From: Polyangiales bacterium
Lineage (GTDB): Bacteria; Myxococcota_A; Polyangia; Polyangiales; Ga0077539
Length of the DNA: 64,000 bases
Assembly (NCBI GenBank): GCA_044229975.1
Contig: JBGARZ010000003.1
Coordinates: forward strand, 621,809-685,808
Reading direction: 5' to 3'
The position numbers and the translations under genes were made by a program. The first letter of the stretch is position 1. Each line of letters begins with the position of its first letter. This document shows, piece by piece, positions 29,378 to 39,125 of this stretch. The notes beneath the pieces were generated by a model that made no database searches, was not told where the DNA came from, and saw nothing but the letters and a program-made list of their open reading frames with translations.

Positions 29378-29832
29378 AGCGCGCCCTCGCCCTCGCGGCG
29401 CTGCTCAACCTCGGGTGCGGGTCGACGGTGGTGCAGCGCTACCTGCTCGACGCGCCGGGGCGCCCACACACCGGCGAGGTGCGGGTCATCCTCCAGGACG
29501 AGCGCACGCCGCGCGGTGGCACCGTCGCGCTGGTGCGGGTCGTCGCGCGCGGGCCCGACGCCGACCTGCCGCACCTCATCGACGCCTTCCGCGCCGAGGC
29601 CCGCTCGCTGGGCTGCTCGGCGGTGGTCGGCGTTCGCATCGCCCGCGCGATCTCCACCGCCACTGCGATCGGATACGCCGTGCGACGGGTCCCGTCAGCC
29701 CGCGAGAGACGCGACGAGGCGGCGCCGTGGTCCCCTCCCCCGACGCTCCCCACCGCGGGTGATTCTGTCGAGACAACGCCACCCGCGACGCCCGTCGAGA
29801 CGACGGCGCCGGCGCCCTGGTCAGCGCCCTGA
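29374..29832 (+). CDS. Small putative lipoprotein, possibly paralogous to the upstream gene
   Basis: ATGA overlap; NLGC lipobox; AFRAEARSLGCSAVVGV; P/T-rich tail. Confidence 0.6.
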   Translation: MKRALALAALLNLGCGSTVVQRYLLDAPGRPHTGEVRVILQDERTPRGGTVALVRVVARGPDADLPHLIDAFRAEARSLGCSAVVGVRIARAISTATAIGYAVRRVPSARERRDEAAPWSPPPTLPTAGDSVETTPPATPVETTAPAPWSAP

Positions 29833-31536
29833 CTCGACGGCTGGTGCGGCGCAGGTTCGGGCCCGCGCAGCGTCGGGGGTGAGCACGCCAACCGTGCCTC
29901 CGAGCGCGCGGAGACGCTGCCCGTTGCCCGCCGCACCGACGGCGGCCAGCACCGCGTCGTAGTAGAGCGCGGCGTTCTCGGTCGGAGCACGGTCGGAGCG
30001 CGCGCAGCTCACCTGGAGAAACGACCCGTACGCCCCCGACGCCGCGGCGCCCACCCAATGGGAGGTGGCGTCCGGTGGCAGCGACCGCGCGTCGATGATC
30101 CACTGCCCGCCGCGGGTCGTCGCCGCCCCCCACCGGCGCTGGGCCTCCTCGTCGAAGAACCCCGCCAGCACATGCCCGCTCGGCGCCTCGCCCGCGCGCA
30201 CCGCGACCACGCCGCGGCGTCCGAGCGCCGCCCGCAGTGCCGCCTCCAGCGCAGGGTCTGGCGGAAGCGTCGGGAGGTGCAGCACCACACGCCGCGCCCG
30301 GTGCTCGGCCGCCGCCGTCGCGAGCGCCTCGGCCCTCGCGGCGAGCGTCGGACCCACCGCCGTCGCGCTCTGCTCCGCGGGCGTCGGCAGCCACAGCGCG
30401 ACGCCCTGCGCCCGTGCCGCTGTCACCGCGGCGGCGACGTTGGCGTCCATGCTGGGCCCCACGACGGCCGACGCGCCGCGCGCTCGCAGCGATTGCACCA
30501 GCTCATCGATGCCGATCGTCGGCGGGCGCCCGACGGCCGCGCGCCGCGCCAGCGCCTGGCTCTCGTCCGCCAGGATGAGCTCGACGTGGCTCACCCCCTC
30601 CAGCGCCTGCTGCGCCGCGCGCACGGCCTCGGCGCCCACGTTGGCGACCGCGCCGGACAGCGGCGCGAGGATGCCGATGCGCAGCGTCGGTGCGCCGACT
30701 CCTGCGGTCGTCGGTCGGATGGCGGCCTCGTCGTCGGGCAGATCGGCCAGGTGGCTCATCCAGGCGCGCACCTCGCCCCGCGCCTCGGCCACTTCGCGCA
30801 GACGGCGCGCGAGCGGCGTGCGCCACGGGTGTCCCGACGGCAGCGCATCGAGCACCGCCGCGATCTCCGCGGGCTCCTCCACCCGCGCCAGCACCTCCTC
30901 GAAGCGCGCCGTCCTCGTGGCCGATGCGTCGCACGCGAGCCCCGTCGGGGCCCATCGAACGCCCCGCTCGACGGCCCCCTCCACCCGCGCCAGCGCCTCC
31001 AACGACTGCGCCCCGGAGGCCGACACGGCGGCCAGCGCGCAGTTGGCCTCGACGACGTCCTGCGGGTCGACGAAGCGACCGCGCAGCGACGCCATCGAGC
31101 GGGCGAGCGCCGGGTCGGCCCGCCCGTCGCGCGCCGTCGCCAGCGCGGTCACCAGCGAGCATCGCAGCTCCAGCGCGGCGTCGAGCGCGGCGGGCAGCGA
31201 TGCGATGCGGCCGCGGGCCCGGGTCACGCCGTCGGCGCCGGGCGTCGCGAGGTCGAGGCGGGCGAGGCGCAGCGAGGCGTAGTGCCCGAGCGCGTCGTCG
31301 GGGTGGGCGCGTTGCAGCGCCTCCCAGAGCTCTCCAGCCCGCGCGAGAGACCCCTCGGCCAGCGCTCGCTCGGCCGCGCGGATGGCGGTGTCGTCGGCGA
31401 CCGTCGCGCCCAGGCTGGTGGCCAATCGACCCGGTGGTGGTGCGCTCGTGCACGCGCCCAGCACCACGAGGGCACCCGCGAGGCGCCGTCGCCGCGGGGT
31501 GGTCGGGCGCCAGTGGGTGGGACGTCGGCCGTGCAC
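29821..31536 (-). CDS. Lipoprotein with helical N-terminus and type I periplasmic-binding fold (LpoA/LppC-like)
   Basis: LGAC lipobox; LRIGILAPLSG...G and AVVGP motifs. Start uncertain. Confidence 0.6.
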   Translation of the reverse strand: MHGRRPTHWRPTTPRRRRLAGALVVLGACTSAPPPGRLATSLGATVADDTAIRAAERALAEGSLARAGELWEALQRAHPDDALGHYASLRLARLDLATPGADGVTRARGRIASLPAALDAALELRCSLVTALATARDGRADPALARSMASLRGRFVDPQDVVEANCALAAVSASGAQSLEALARVEGAVERGVRWAPTGLACDASATRTARFEEVLARVEEPAEIAAVLDALPSGHPWRTPLARRLREVAEARGEVRAWMSHLADLPDDEAAIRPTTAGVGAPTLRIGILAPLSGAVANVGAEAVRAAQQALEGVSHVELILADESQALARRAAVGRPPTIGIDELVQSLRARGASAVVGPSMDANVAAAVTAARAQGVALWLPTPAEQSATAVGPTLAARAEALATAAAEHRARRVVLHLPTLPPDPALEAALRAALGRRGVVAVRAGEAPSGHVLAGFFDEEAQRRWGAATTRGGQWIIDARSLPPDATSHWVGAAASGAYGSFLQVSCARSDRAPTENAALYYDAVLAAVGAAGNGQRLRALGGTVGVLTPDAARARTCAAPAVESGR

Positions 31537-31624
31537 GCCCCCGCACTCATCACGGATTCCTCGGCGTTCATCAAGCGCGCGACGAGGCTTGACGGGCTGC
31601 GCGACGCACCGCTACGACCCGCCC

Positions 31625-32398
31625 GTGTCCGCGCACGCCACGACCACCGACGCGCCCGACCCGCGGCGCTTCCTGCTCCGTCGGCTGCACTCGCTCTGCG
31701 GCGTGCTGCCCATCGGCGCCTTCCTCGTCGTGCACCTCTGGACCAACCTCAGCGCCATCCGCGGCCGCGGTGCCTTCCGCCACGCCGTCGGCGACATCCA
31801 GAGCATCCCCGCGCTCCCGGCCATCGAGGTCGCGGCCATCCTCGCGCCGCTGGCCTTCCACGCCTTCTACGGCCTCGTCATCGCGGCCCAGGCCCGCTTC
31901 AACGTCCAGGGCTACGGCTATCAGCGCAACTGGCTCTTCGTGCTCCAGCGCGTGACGGGCCTCGTGGCCTTCGCGTTCATCGTGGTGCACCTGGGGCAGT
32001 TTCGCGTCGCCAAGCTCACGGGCGCGCTGCACTGGGAGGCCTTCTACGATCGCCTCGCGACGCTGCTCGGCTCGCCCGGCATGTTCGTGGTCTACCTTCT
32101 CGGCGTCACGGCCTCGGTCTTCCACTTCGCCAACGGCTTGTGGACCGCCACGCAGACCTGGGGTCTCGCCTCGTCCGTGATGGCCCGGCGCCGCGCCGCG
32201 TACGCCTTCGCCATCGTCGGGGTGGCGCTCTGGCTGGTCGGCGTCGACACCCTTCTGCACTTCTTCTATCGCTGCGGGGGAGTTCTCCCGTGGCCCGGCC
32301 CGAGCCCGGAGACCCTCTGCCGCGATGCCGACATGGTGCGCGCGATGGTCGACGGCGAGGGCGCTCCCCTATACCTTGTCGCCCGCCTGAACCCATAG
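31625..32398 (+). CDS. sdhC: Succinate dehydrogenase cytochrome b558 subunit
   Basis: RRLHSLCGVLPIGAFLVVHL, FHAFYG, QRVTG, FHFANGLW; lies upstream of sdhA. Confidence 0.9.
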   Translation: MSAHATTTDAPDPRRFLLRRLHSLCGVLPIGAFLVVHLWTNLSAIRGRGAFRHAVGDIQSIPALPAIEVAAILAPLAFHAFYGLVIAAQARFNVQGYGYQRNWLFVLQRVTGLVAFAFIVVHLGQFRVAKLTGALHWEAFYDRLATLLGSPGMFVVYLLGVTASVFHFANGLWTATQTWGLASSVMARRRAAYAFAIVGVALWLVGVDTLLHFFYRCGGVLPWPGPSPETLCRDADMVRAMVDGEGAPLYLVARLNP

Positions 32399-32475
32399 AT
32401 CGACGTCGTCGACGACGCCCCACCACGCCGGGCGCCAGTGCACGACGCAACCGCTAGCGAAGGAACACCCACCGG

Positions 32476-34473
32476 ATGGCAGCGAAGTCTTCAATCCTCA
32501 CGCAGTCCGGCCAGGTGCGCCGGGCCATCGTCGTCGGCGGCGGTCTCGGCGGCCTGATGACCGTGATCAAGCTCTGCGAAGCAGGCATCCCGGTCGACAT
32601 CTTGTCGCTGGTGCCGGTGAAGCGCTCGCACTCGGTCTGCGCGCAAGGCGGCATCAACGCCTCCGTCAACGTGAAGGGCGAAGGGGACTCCCCCTACACG
32701 CACTTCTACGAGACCGTGAAGGGCGGCGACTTCCTCGCCAACCAGCCGCCGTGCAAGGGCATGGCGGACGCGGCGCCGGGTATCGTCTTCATGCTCGACC
32801 GCATGGGCGTGCCCTTCAACCGCACCCCCGAGGGCAACCTCGACTTCCGTCGCTTCGGCGGAACGCTCTTCCACCGCACGGCCTTCGCGGGCGCGACCAC
32901 GGGGCAGCAGCTCCTGTACGCCCTCGACGAGCAGGTGCGGCGCTACGAGACCATCGACGTCGAGGACGAGCGCGGCGTCACGGTGCCGGGCGAGAAGATG
33001 GTGCGGAAGTTCGAGTTCTGGGACCTCGCGGGTCTCATCCTCGACGAAGGCGGCGTGTGCCGCGGCGTCGTCGCGCAGGACCTCAAGAACGGCGAGATGC
33101 GCTCCTTCCGCGGCGACGCGGTGTGCCTCGCGACGGGCGGTCCCGGTCTGGTGTTTGGTCGCAGCACCAACTCGGTGATCAACACCGGGTCGGCCGCGGC
33201 CATCGCCTACAAGCAGGGCGCGATCTACGGCAACGGCGAGTTCATCCAGGTGCACCCGACGGCGATTCCCGCGGCCGACAAGCTGCGGCTCATCTCGGAG
33301 AGCGTGCGCGGCGAGGGCGGCCGCATTTGGGTCCCCAAGGACCGCAAGGACCGCCGCCAGGGCAAGGACATCCCCGAGGGCGAGCGGTACTACTTCCTCG
33401 AAGAGCGGTACCCGAAGTACCGCAACCTCGTGCCGCGCGACATCGCGTCGCGCGAGATCTTCCGCACGGTCATCCACGAGGGCTACAGCGCCGAGGGCGA
33501 GCAGGCCGCCTACCTGGACGTGACGCACCTCTGCAAGACGCCGTCGGGCAAGGTCGCCGTGCGCAAGAAGCTCGAAGGCGTGCTGGAGATCTACGAGAAG
33601 TTCGCGGGGCAGGACCCGTACGAGAACCCGATGAAGATCTTCCCGGCCGTCCACTACTCGATGGGCGGCCTGTGGGTGGACTTCGAGAAGGGCGCCGACG
33701 GGTCGCTCAAGCCGGGCTCGGCGCGCAACCAGTCGACCAACATCCCCGGGCTCTACGCGACGGGCGAGTCGGACTACCAGTACCACGGCGCCAATCGCCT
33801 CGGCGCCAACTCCCTGCTCTCGTGCATCTACGGAGGGATGGTCACCGGCCCCGCGATGGCGACGTGGCGCGAGTCGCAGAACAAGAGCGCGTTCGACCTG
33901 TCGTCGACGCTCTTCGACAGCGAGCTCAAGCGTCGCGTGGACGAGTACGCCGTGCTCGGCAGCCGCACGGGCAGCGAGTTCACGGTCAACCCCTACCAGC
34001 TCCACGAGAAGCTGGGCGAGATGATGCTCCAGAAGGTCACCGTCGAGCGCCACAACGACGAGCTCGACGACGTCATCACGACCATCCAGGAGATGAAGGC
34101 GCAGTGGAAGAAGTGCGCCTCGCTCGACCCGAGCGCGAAGGGCACCATCAACCAGCCGCAGGTGTTTCTCCGTCACCTCGACGGGATGCTGGCGCTGGCG
34201 GAGATCACCGCGGTGGGAGCGCGGGCGCGCGAGGAGTGCCGCGGGGCGCACTACAAGCCGGAGCTCGACCCGGAGCTGCACCCGGACGATCCGAAGGCCG
34301 TCGGGCGCGACGACGCCAACTGGCTCAAGACCACGCTCGCGACCTTCGACGGCGACCGGCCGAAGCTCTCGTACGAGGCGGTGGACGTGTCGCTCGAACC
34401 GCTCGCCAAGCGCGACTACGGCAAGGTGAGCACCACGGCGAAGAAGCCCGACGCCCCGGCCGCGGCCAAGTGA
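32476..34473 (+). CDS. sdhA: Succinate dehydrogenase flavoprotein subunit
   Basis: VVGGGLGG, RSHSVCAQGGIN, FIQVHPT, HYSMGG, HGANRLGANSL. Confidence 0.97.
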   Translation: MAAKSSILTQSGQVRRAIVVGGGLGGLMTVIKLCEAGIPVDILSLVPVKRSHSVCAQGGINASVNVKGEGDSPYTHFYETVKGGDFLANQPPCKGMADAAPGIVFMLDRMGVPFNRTPEGNLDFRRFGGTLFHRTAFAGATTGQQLLYALDEQVRRYETIDVEDERGVTVPGEKMVRKFEFWDLAGLILDEGGVCRGVVAQDLKNGEMRSFRGDAVCLATGGPGLVFGRSTNSVINTGSAAAIAYKQGAIYGNGEFIQVHPTAIPAADKLRLISESVRGEGGRIWVPKDRKDRRQGKDIPEGERYYFLEERYPKYRNLVPRDIASREIFRTVIHEGYSAEGEQAAYLDVTHLCKTPSGKVAVRKKLEGVLEIYEKFAGQDPYENPMKIFPAVHYSMGGLWVDFEKGADGSLKPGSARNQSTNIPGLYATGESDYQYHGANRLGANSLLSCIYGGMVTGPAMATWRESQNKSAFDLSSTLFDSELKRRVDEYAVLGSRTGSEFTVNPYQLHEKLGEMMLQKVTVERHNDELDDVITTIQEMKAQWKKCASLDPSAKGTINQPQVFLRHLDGMLALAEITAVGARAREECRGAHYKPELDPELHPDDPKAVGRDDANWLKTTLATFDGDRPKLSYEAVDVSLEPLAKRDYGKVSTTAKKPDAPAAAK

Positions 34474-34503
34474 CAAGAGATCGTTGAAGGAGGAAGAACG
34501 CTG

Positions 34504-35262
34504 ATGGCCACCGACACGGTTACGCTGAAGATCAAGCGCGGCGAGGCGGGCGGCGCCTCGCGCTGGGAAGAGTTCAAGGTCCCGCGCAAGCCGATGATGA
34601 ACGTGATCTCCTGCCTGATGGAGATCCAGAAGAACCCGGTGACCACGGCGGGCGCGAGCACCACGCCGGTCAACTGGGAGGCGTCGTGCCTGGAGGAGGT
34701 CTGCGGCGCGTGCACGATGGTCATCAACGGCCGCGTGCGTCAGTCGTGCAGCGCCCTCATCAAGGACCTCTCGCCCAACGGTGAGCCCATCACCCTCGAA
34801 CCGATGACAAAGTTTCCGCGGGTGCGCGACCTCTCGGTCGACCGCTCGCGGATGTTCGACTCGCTGCGCAAGGTGAAGGCGTGGATCCAGATCGACGGCT
34901 CGCACCAGCTCGGCGCGGGCCCGAAGGTCTCGCAGGAAGACCAGGAGGTCATGTACCCGCTGTCGCGCTGCATGACCTGCGGCTGCTGCGTCGAGGCGTG
35001 CCCCAACTACAACGACCGCTCGGACTTCATGGGCCCGCAGGTCATCTCCCTGGTGCGCATGTACAACATGCACCCGTCGGGGAAGATGCAGGCGGGCGGT
35101 CGCCTCGACGCCATCATGGGCGTCGGCGGCATCTCCGACTGCGGCAAGGCGCAAAACTGCGTTCAGGTCTGCCCGAAGGAGATTCCCCTCACCGAGTCCA
35201 TCTCCGTCATGGGCCGCGAGACCTTCAAGCGCGCCCTCTTCGGCTGGCTCTTGAAGGGGTGA
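34504..35262 (+). CDS. sdhB: Succinate dehydrogenase iron-sulfur subunit
   Basis: CLEEVCGAC, CMTCGCCVEACP, CGKAQNCVQVCP; AAGGAGG SD. Confidence 0.97.
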   Translation: MATDTVTLKIKRGEAGGASRWEEFKVPRKPMMNVISCLMEIQKNPVTTAGASTTPVNWEASCLEEVCGACTMVINGRVRQSCSALIKDLSPNGEPITLEPMTKFPRVRDLSVDRSRMFDSLRKVKAWIQIDGSHQLGAGPKVSQEDQEVMYPLSRCMTCGCCVEACPNYNDRSDFMGPQVISLVRMYNMHPSGKMQAGGRLDAIMGVGGISDCGKAQNCVQVCPKEIPLTESISVMGRETFKRALFGWLLKG

Positions 35263-35275
35263 TCGTCGGCCGCCC

Positions 35276-35926
35276 ATGAAGGGTCGCCTTCTCACCCTCA
35301 CCGCGCTCCTCCTGCTCGCCGACGCCGGCTGTCACCGCCGACGCTGGCGTCGCTACCACCACCAACAACACCGCGATGCCGGACCGCCCGACACCGGGCT
35401 CGTGGCAGTCGTCGACGCGGGCCCGCCGCCGTCGTCCATCCCGATGCCACCGGCCACCACGACGGTGTGCGAGACCGACGCCCAGTGTCCCGGTGGCGGC
35501 TATTGCTTCACCGCGGGCATGGAGGCCCAGTACAGCCGGGTGTTTCGCGACTGCCCCGACGGTCGGGCGTGGCGCGCGACGCACGCGCTCAACACCTGCC
35601 TGCGCGCGGGCTGCGAGGCCGACGATCAGTGCCCCGCGGGCCAGCGCTGCGCCGACGTGCAGATGCTGCCGTTTCCGCAGCGGGCGTGTGTCCCGGCGAC
35701 GTGCCGGACGATGTGGGACTGCCGTCGGCAACGCTTCGGTCGCTGCGTGGAGTACGTCTCGGGCGCGCAGTGCACCATCGGCGGCTGGGCGTGCTCGTAT
35801 CCGGGTGATCCGTGCGCGCCGCAGGACCACGCGCGGCTCTGCCCGCCGCGCGCGGGGATGATCGCGCGGTGTGTGCCGCGCAACGGCCGCTTCGGGTGCG
35901 TGTACGAGCCGCCGCCGACGTTCTGA
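35276..35926 (+). CDS. Cys-rich secreted protein or lipoprotein whose 3' end is reiterated downstream
   Basis: Signal peptide + AGC, CETDAQC and CEADDQC modules, ends CVPRNGRFGCVYEPPPTF. Confidence 0.7.
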   Translation: MKGRLLTLTALLLLADAGCHRRRWRRYHHQQHRDAGPPDTGLVAVVDAGPPPSSIPMPPATTTVCETDAQCPGGGYCFTAGMEAQYSRVFRDCPDGRAWRATHALNTCLRAGCEADDQCPAGQRCADVQMLPFPQRACVPATCRTMWDCRRQRFGRCVEYVSGAQCTIGGWACSYPGDPCAPQDHARLCPPRAGMIARCVPRNGRFGCVYEPPPTF

Positions 35927-35949
35927 CCGACGGGCGCTCTGGCGGATGG
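35875..35949 (+). repeat. Dispersed direct repeat, copy 1 (3' end of gene 35276-35926; att-like)
   Basis: GCCGCGCAACGGCCGCTTCGGGTGCGTGTACGAGCCGCCGCCGACGTTCTGACC followed by GACGGGCGCTCTGGCGGATGG. Confidence 0.85.
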
Positions 35950-35972
35950 AACCCCCTCTCAGGCGTCCCGGA

Positions 35973-36677
35973 TCAAAGGGTCGTCTGCGAGGCGCTGGGC
36001 GGGGGCGGGGGCGCGCCGGCCGGCAGCGCGAACTGCACGCCGCTGCCCGGCTGAAACTCCGGCGGGAACGCGATCAGCAAACCAATGCCGGCGCCGAATC
36101 CGATGGCGCCGCCGATGGTCATGCCGAGCGGCCAGCCGTCGAAGCCCGACTCGGCGATGGCCCCGAAGGTCGCGCCCGTCACGAGCGCGCCGATGCCCAG
36201 CGAGACCAGCACCCACGAGGCGAGGCGGACGCCCCCGCGCGAGTTGGCGAGGCCGAGCGCGTGGCGGTAGCCCGTCGGCTGCGGGCCGACCACGACGCTC
36301 GCGGTGCTCGTGCGGTCGGGGTCGACCAGCGACCGGAAGCGCAGGTCGTGGCTGCCCAACGCCAGTGTCGCGGTGCAGGGCGTGCGACAGAGCCCCTGGC
36401 CGATCTCGCCGGGCGTGACCGAGGTGCCGTAGCGGGAGACCGTCACGAGCTGGTAGCTGCCGACGATCTCCGAGACCTCGGCGGGGCCGTCTTGCACCTC
36501 GAGCGCGACCTGCCCGGCGCCGGGCACGGGCGGAGGCGCGGGCGGCATCGGCTGGGTGAGTTGGGCCGAAGGCGTCGCGGGCGGCGCGTACTGGCGCACG
36601 CCGCAGGCGTTGAGGGCGAACAGGGGCAGGACGAGGGTCGTCGTCAGAATCTTCTTCAAGGGTCCCTCCACGGTCAT
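35973..36677 (-). CDS. Putative lipoprotein with C-terminal TMs (PEGA-like CRTPC region)
   Basis: LNAC lipobox, LCRTPC, two C-terminal hydrophobic helices. Confidence 0.65.
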   Translation of the reverse strand: MTVEGPLKKILTTTLVLPLFALNACGVRQYAPPATPSAQLTQPMPPAPPPVPGAGQVALEVQDGPAEVSEIVGSYQLVTVSRYGTSVTPGEIGQGLCRTPCTATLALGSHDLRFRSLVDPDRTSTASVVVGPQPTGYRHALGLANSRGGVRLASWVLVSLGIGALVTGATFGAIAESGFDGWPLGMTIGGAIGFGAGIGLLIAFPPEFQPGSGVQFALPAGAPPPPPSASQTTL

Positions 36678-36997
36678 GGGGTGAGCGCGCGCACCGAGCG
36701 CACGATCACACTCAACTCATATGACAACTCGAACCGCGCTGTCTCAGGCGAAACCCCCGTCAGGGGTTCATCACGGGGCGCGTCGATACGAGCCGCGACG
36801 ACGTTGCTGCCAAGCCGACAGGAGATTCAACGCGGCACCCTCCGAGGCACCGGCGCGCTCGGGGTTATCAAGATCGCCCGGTCTACCTGCTGACGTTCGC
36901 TCGTCCGACCTTCGCCGCCGAGCCTCAGACGGTGGTCGACTTCATGGCCACCAGCCCGCGCAAGAAGCCCGCGACGCCCGCTTGGGGTCGAGCGCCA

Positions 36998-37057
36998 CGC
37001 GCTACGTCTCACGCAACAGCCGCTTCGACTGCGTATACCGACAACCCGCGACCGTTC
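36998..37057 (+). repeat. Dispersed direct repeat, copy 2 (most degenerate)
   Basis: CGCGCTACGTCTCACGCAACAGCCGCTTCGACTGCGTATAC matches copy 1 at 31/41 nt by manual alignment. It translates RYVSRNSRFDCVY versus RCVPRNGRFGCVY. Confidence 0.6.
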
Positions 37058-37114
37058 GAGAGCGCGGGTCAGTTTGAACACAGCGCCCTGCGTCGCCGTG
37101 TACCGTCACAGCCC

Positions 37115-37783
37115 ATGGACGCCCTCCCCGCCGCGCTCGCGCTCGGTCTCCTGGCCGCGGGCTGCGCCGACGCCCACGCCCAGCCACGCGGGGACGCCGG
37201 CCCCGCCCAGGCCCGCCGCGACGCCGGCCCCGCCCGACGCTGGCTCCTTCCGTCGAGGGCGCCGCTCGGCAGCAGCGACTTCCGCGGCGATGGCGGAGTG
37301 CCGACGGCGTTCCGGACCGGGCCCGTGGACGACGCGCCGTACATCGGCGACATCTTCGCGGGCGCCGCCGCGTTCAGCGCCAGCCCTCCAACGGCTTCGC
37401 AGGCCGCCGCTGCGGGGCTCGGAACCATCGGCGCACCGGCCCGTCAGGGACGCTTCGGGGCCCCCGAGAGCCGCGTGGGCGTCCCCCTCGACAATGCGCG
37501 CATGTGGCTCACGGTGGCGGAGGGGTGGGTCCTGCGGTGCCTGGAGCGGGTGCGGCACGAGACGCCGTTCGACGTGCCGGTGCGCTTCACCGTGGCGCGC
37601 GACGGGGCGGCCGCGGACGTGGCGGCGGAGGGCGCCCCGGACTCTGTCCGTCAGTGCCTCGTGGAGGGTCTCGGTCACGCGCGCTTTCGCCCCTTCGCGC
37701 AGCCGACGGAGCTCGTCGCGCGCTATCGCTACACCGTGCGCGGGAGGCCATCGCAGGGGGCGGAGCCTCGCCGAGCGCCCTGA
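37115..37783 (+). CDS. Putative lipoprotein with AgmX/PglI/TonB-C-terminal-like domain
   Basis: LAAGC lipobox, GLGTIG motif, C..R....V.VRFTVARDG.....V..CL....RF.P pattern. Confidence 0.6.
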   Translation: MDALPAALALGLLAAGCADAHAQPRGDAGPAQARRDAGPARRWLLPSRAPLGSSDFRGDGGVPTAFRTGPVDDAPYIGDIFAGAAAFSASPPTASQAAAAGLGTIGAPARQGRFGAPESRVGVPLDNARMWLTVAEGWVLRCLERVRHETPFDVPVRFTVARDGAAADVAAEGAPDSVRQCLVEGLGHARFRPFAQPTELVARYRYTVRGRPSQGAEPRRAP

Positions 37784-37972
37784 CGAGCGGCCACCCATCG
37801 GCCGCTCCGGTCCGATGAACTCCGCGTCGGCCTCCAGCTCGTCGAAGACACGGCGACGTCTGCGCAGGATCGACCCCCGCCGCCACCCCCGCCGCCACCC
37901 GCCGCCACCCCGTCCACGCTGTGTTTTCCGTGCGTTTCGCGCGGCACGCCTGCTGCTCGGTGCAGGCGCTCC

Positions 37973-38860
37973 ATGGGCGATCAACGCACGGCCTGGCACT
38001 ACTACTTCGGGCTGTTGCTGACGGAGAAGGCGCCGCGCTGCTTCGAGGTGCAGCCCGAGGTCGCGCTCACGCAGGCGGTGCAGCACATCGACTACCTCCT
38101 GCTCCGACGACGTCCGTGGAGCGCGCCGCCCGACCGCGGCGAGACGCTCGTCGACCTGTGGCCCGAGCTCCCGCTCATCAGCCTCGGCGAGTACAAGAGC
38201 GCGTCGCGTCAGTACCGTCGCGGGGAGATTCACCGCCTCCTCGGGTACGGGCACCAGTACGCCAGCGAGCACGTCGAGGAGCTCATCGCGGGAGAGCTCG
38301 CGCTCGTGCTCTTCGTGGCTTCCCGCAACAAAGCCCTCGACGAGGACCTCCACCGGCTCGGCGCGCGCGAGCGGTCTCTCGGCGGTGGATACACCCGCAT
38401 CGAGGGCGTCGCCTTCCCCATGCTGCGGGTCGACCTGTCGGCCGTCGCGGCGCGCGATCACGACGACTTCGTCGCCCTCTTCGCCGAGGCGGTGCCCATC
38501 CCCGAGGAGGCCCGCGACTGGTGGTACGGTCACTACGGAGCAAGCAAGGAGATCACCATGGACGCCAAGCGACGCGAGGAGTTCGAAGAACTCGAACGAC
38601 GGTTCATCGAGTCACAGCCCATCGAGCGACGGCTCGCGGGGCTCGACCCCGAGGCCATCGCCCGCGCGCTCAAGCCCGAGCAGCGACTCGCCGGGCTCGC
38701 TCCCGAACAACGACTCGCTGGACTGACCAGCTCCGAAGCCGTGCTCGCGATGCCCGATGTCGTGCTCGCGGGTCTCACCGACGCCTTCGTCGACACGCTC
38801 CCCGACGACGTCCGCGAGCGCGTGCGCACCCGCCGCGCGACCTACGCCGCCGGTCACTGA
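37973..38860 (+). CDS. Rpn-like PD-(D/E)xK nuclease-domain protein with C-terminal RLAGL repeats
   Basis: PEV...IDYLLL...GEYKS; repeats ERRLAGL, EQRLAGL, EQRLAGL, VLAGL. Confidence 0.7.
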   Translation: MGDQRTAWHYYFGLLLTEKAPRCFEVQPEVALTQAVQHIDYLLLRRRPWSAPPDRGETLVDLWPELPLISLGEYKSASRQYRRGEIHRLLGYGHQYASEHVEELIAGELALVLFVASRNKALDEDLHRLGARERSLGGGYTRIEGVAFPMLRVDLSAVAARDHDDFVALFAEAVPIPEEARDWWYGHYGASKEITMDAKRREEFEELERRFIESQPIERRLAGLDPEAIARALKPEQRLAGLAPEQRLAGLTSSEAVLAMPDVVLAGLTDAFVDTLPDDVRERVRTRRATYAAGH

Positions 38861-38880
38861 CTCCGCACGCCAGAGCAAGC

Positions 38881-38953
38881 GTCACACGACGGCTGCTTCG
38901 ACGGCGTGTATGAGCCGCCGCCTACGTTCTGACCGACGCGCTCTGGCTGATGG
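38881..38953 (+). repeat. Dispersed direct repeat, copy 3
   Basis: 44/54 nt identical to copy 1 by manual alignment, then GACGCGCTCTGGCTGATGG, shared with the flank of copy 1. Confidence 0.85.
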
Positions 38954-39125
38954 GCAGGGCGATGGAGTGAGCGGAGCGACGAGCCTCGGTCCACGCGGTC
39001 GTAGCGTCACCCCATGTGCGGCGACGCGCCGTGCTCTCGCTCATGCCCGCGGCCCCGTCGGCGGCACGCGCGATCGGCAGGTCGCCTGATCGCCGCTCGC
39101 AGAACGCGAACGCGATCGACGCCCG

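Noticed and set aside
31625..35262. Bacillus-type three-subunit sdhCAB as a sign of horizontal transfer
   Set aside because: This type is widespread, including in myxobacteria, and codon usage matches the surroundings.
32491..35301. Long antisense ORFs (e.g. 936 aa opposite sdhAB; also 14772-17249, 47157-50357, 56731-58860)
   Set aside because: Shadow ORFs expected at very high GC opposite well-supported genes; no recognisable motifs.
36680..36900. Possible ncRNA in the less GC-rich intergenic stretch with a short AACCCC-CGTCA-GGGGTT hairpin
   Set aside because: No recognisable RNA family; more simply the promoter region of the divergent genes.
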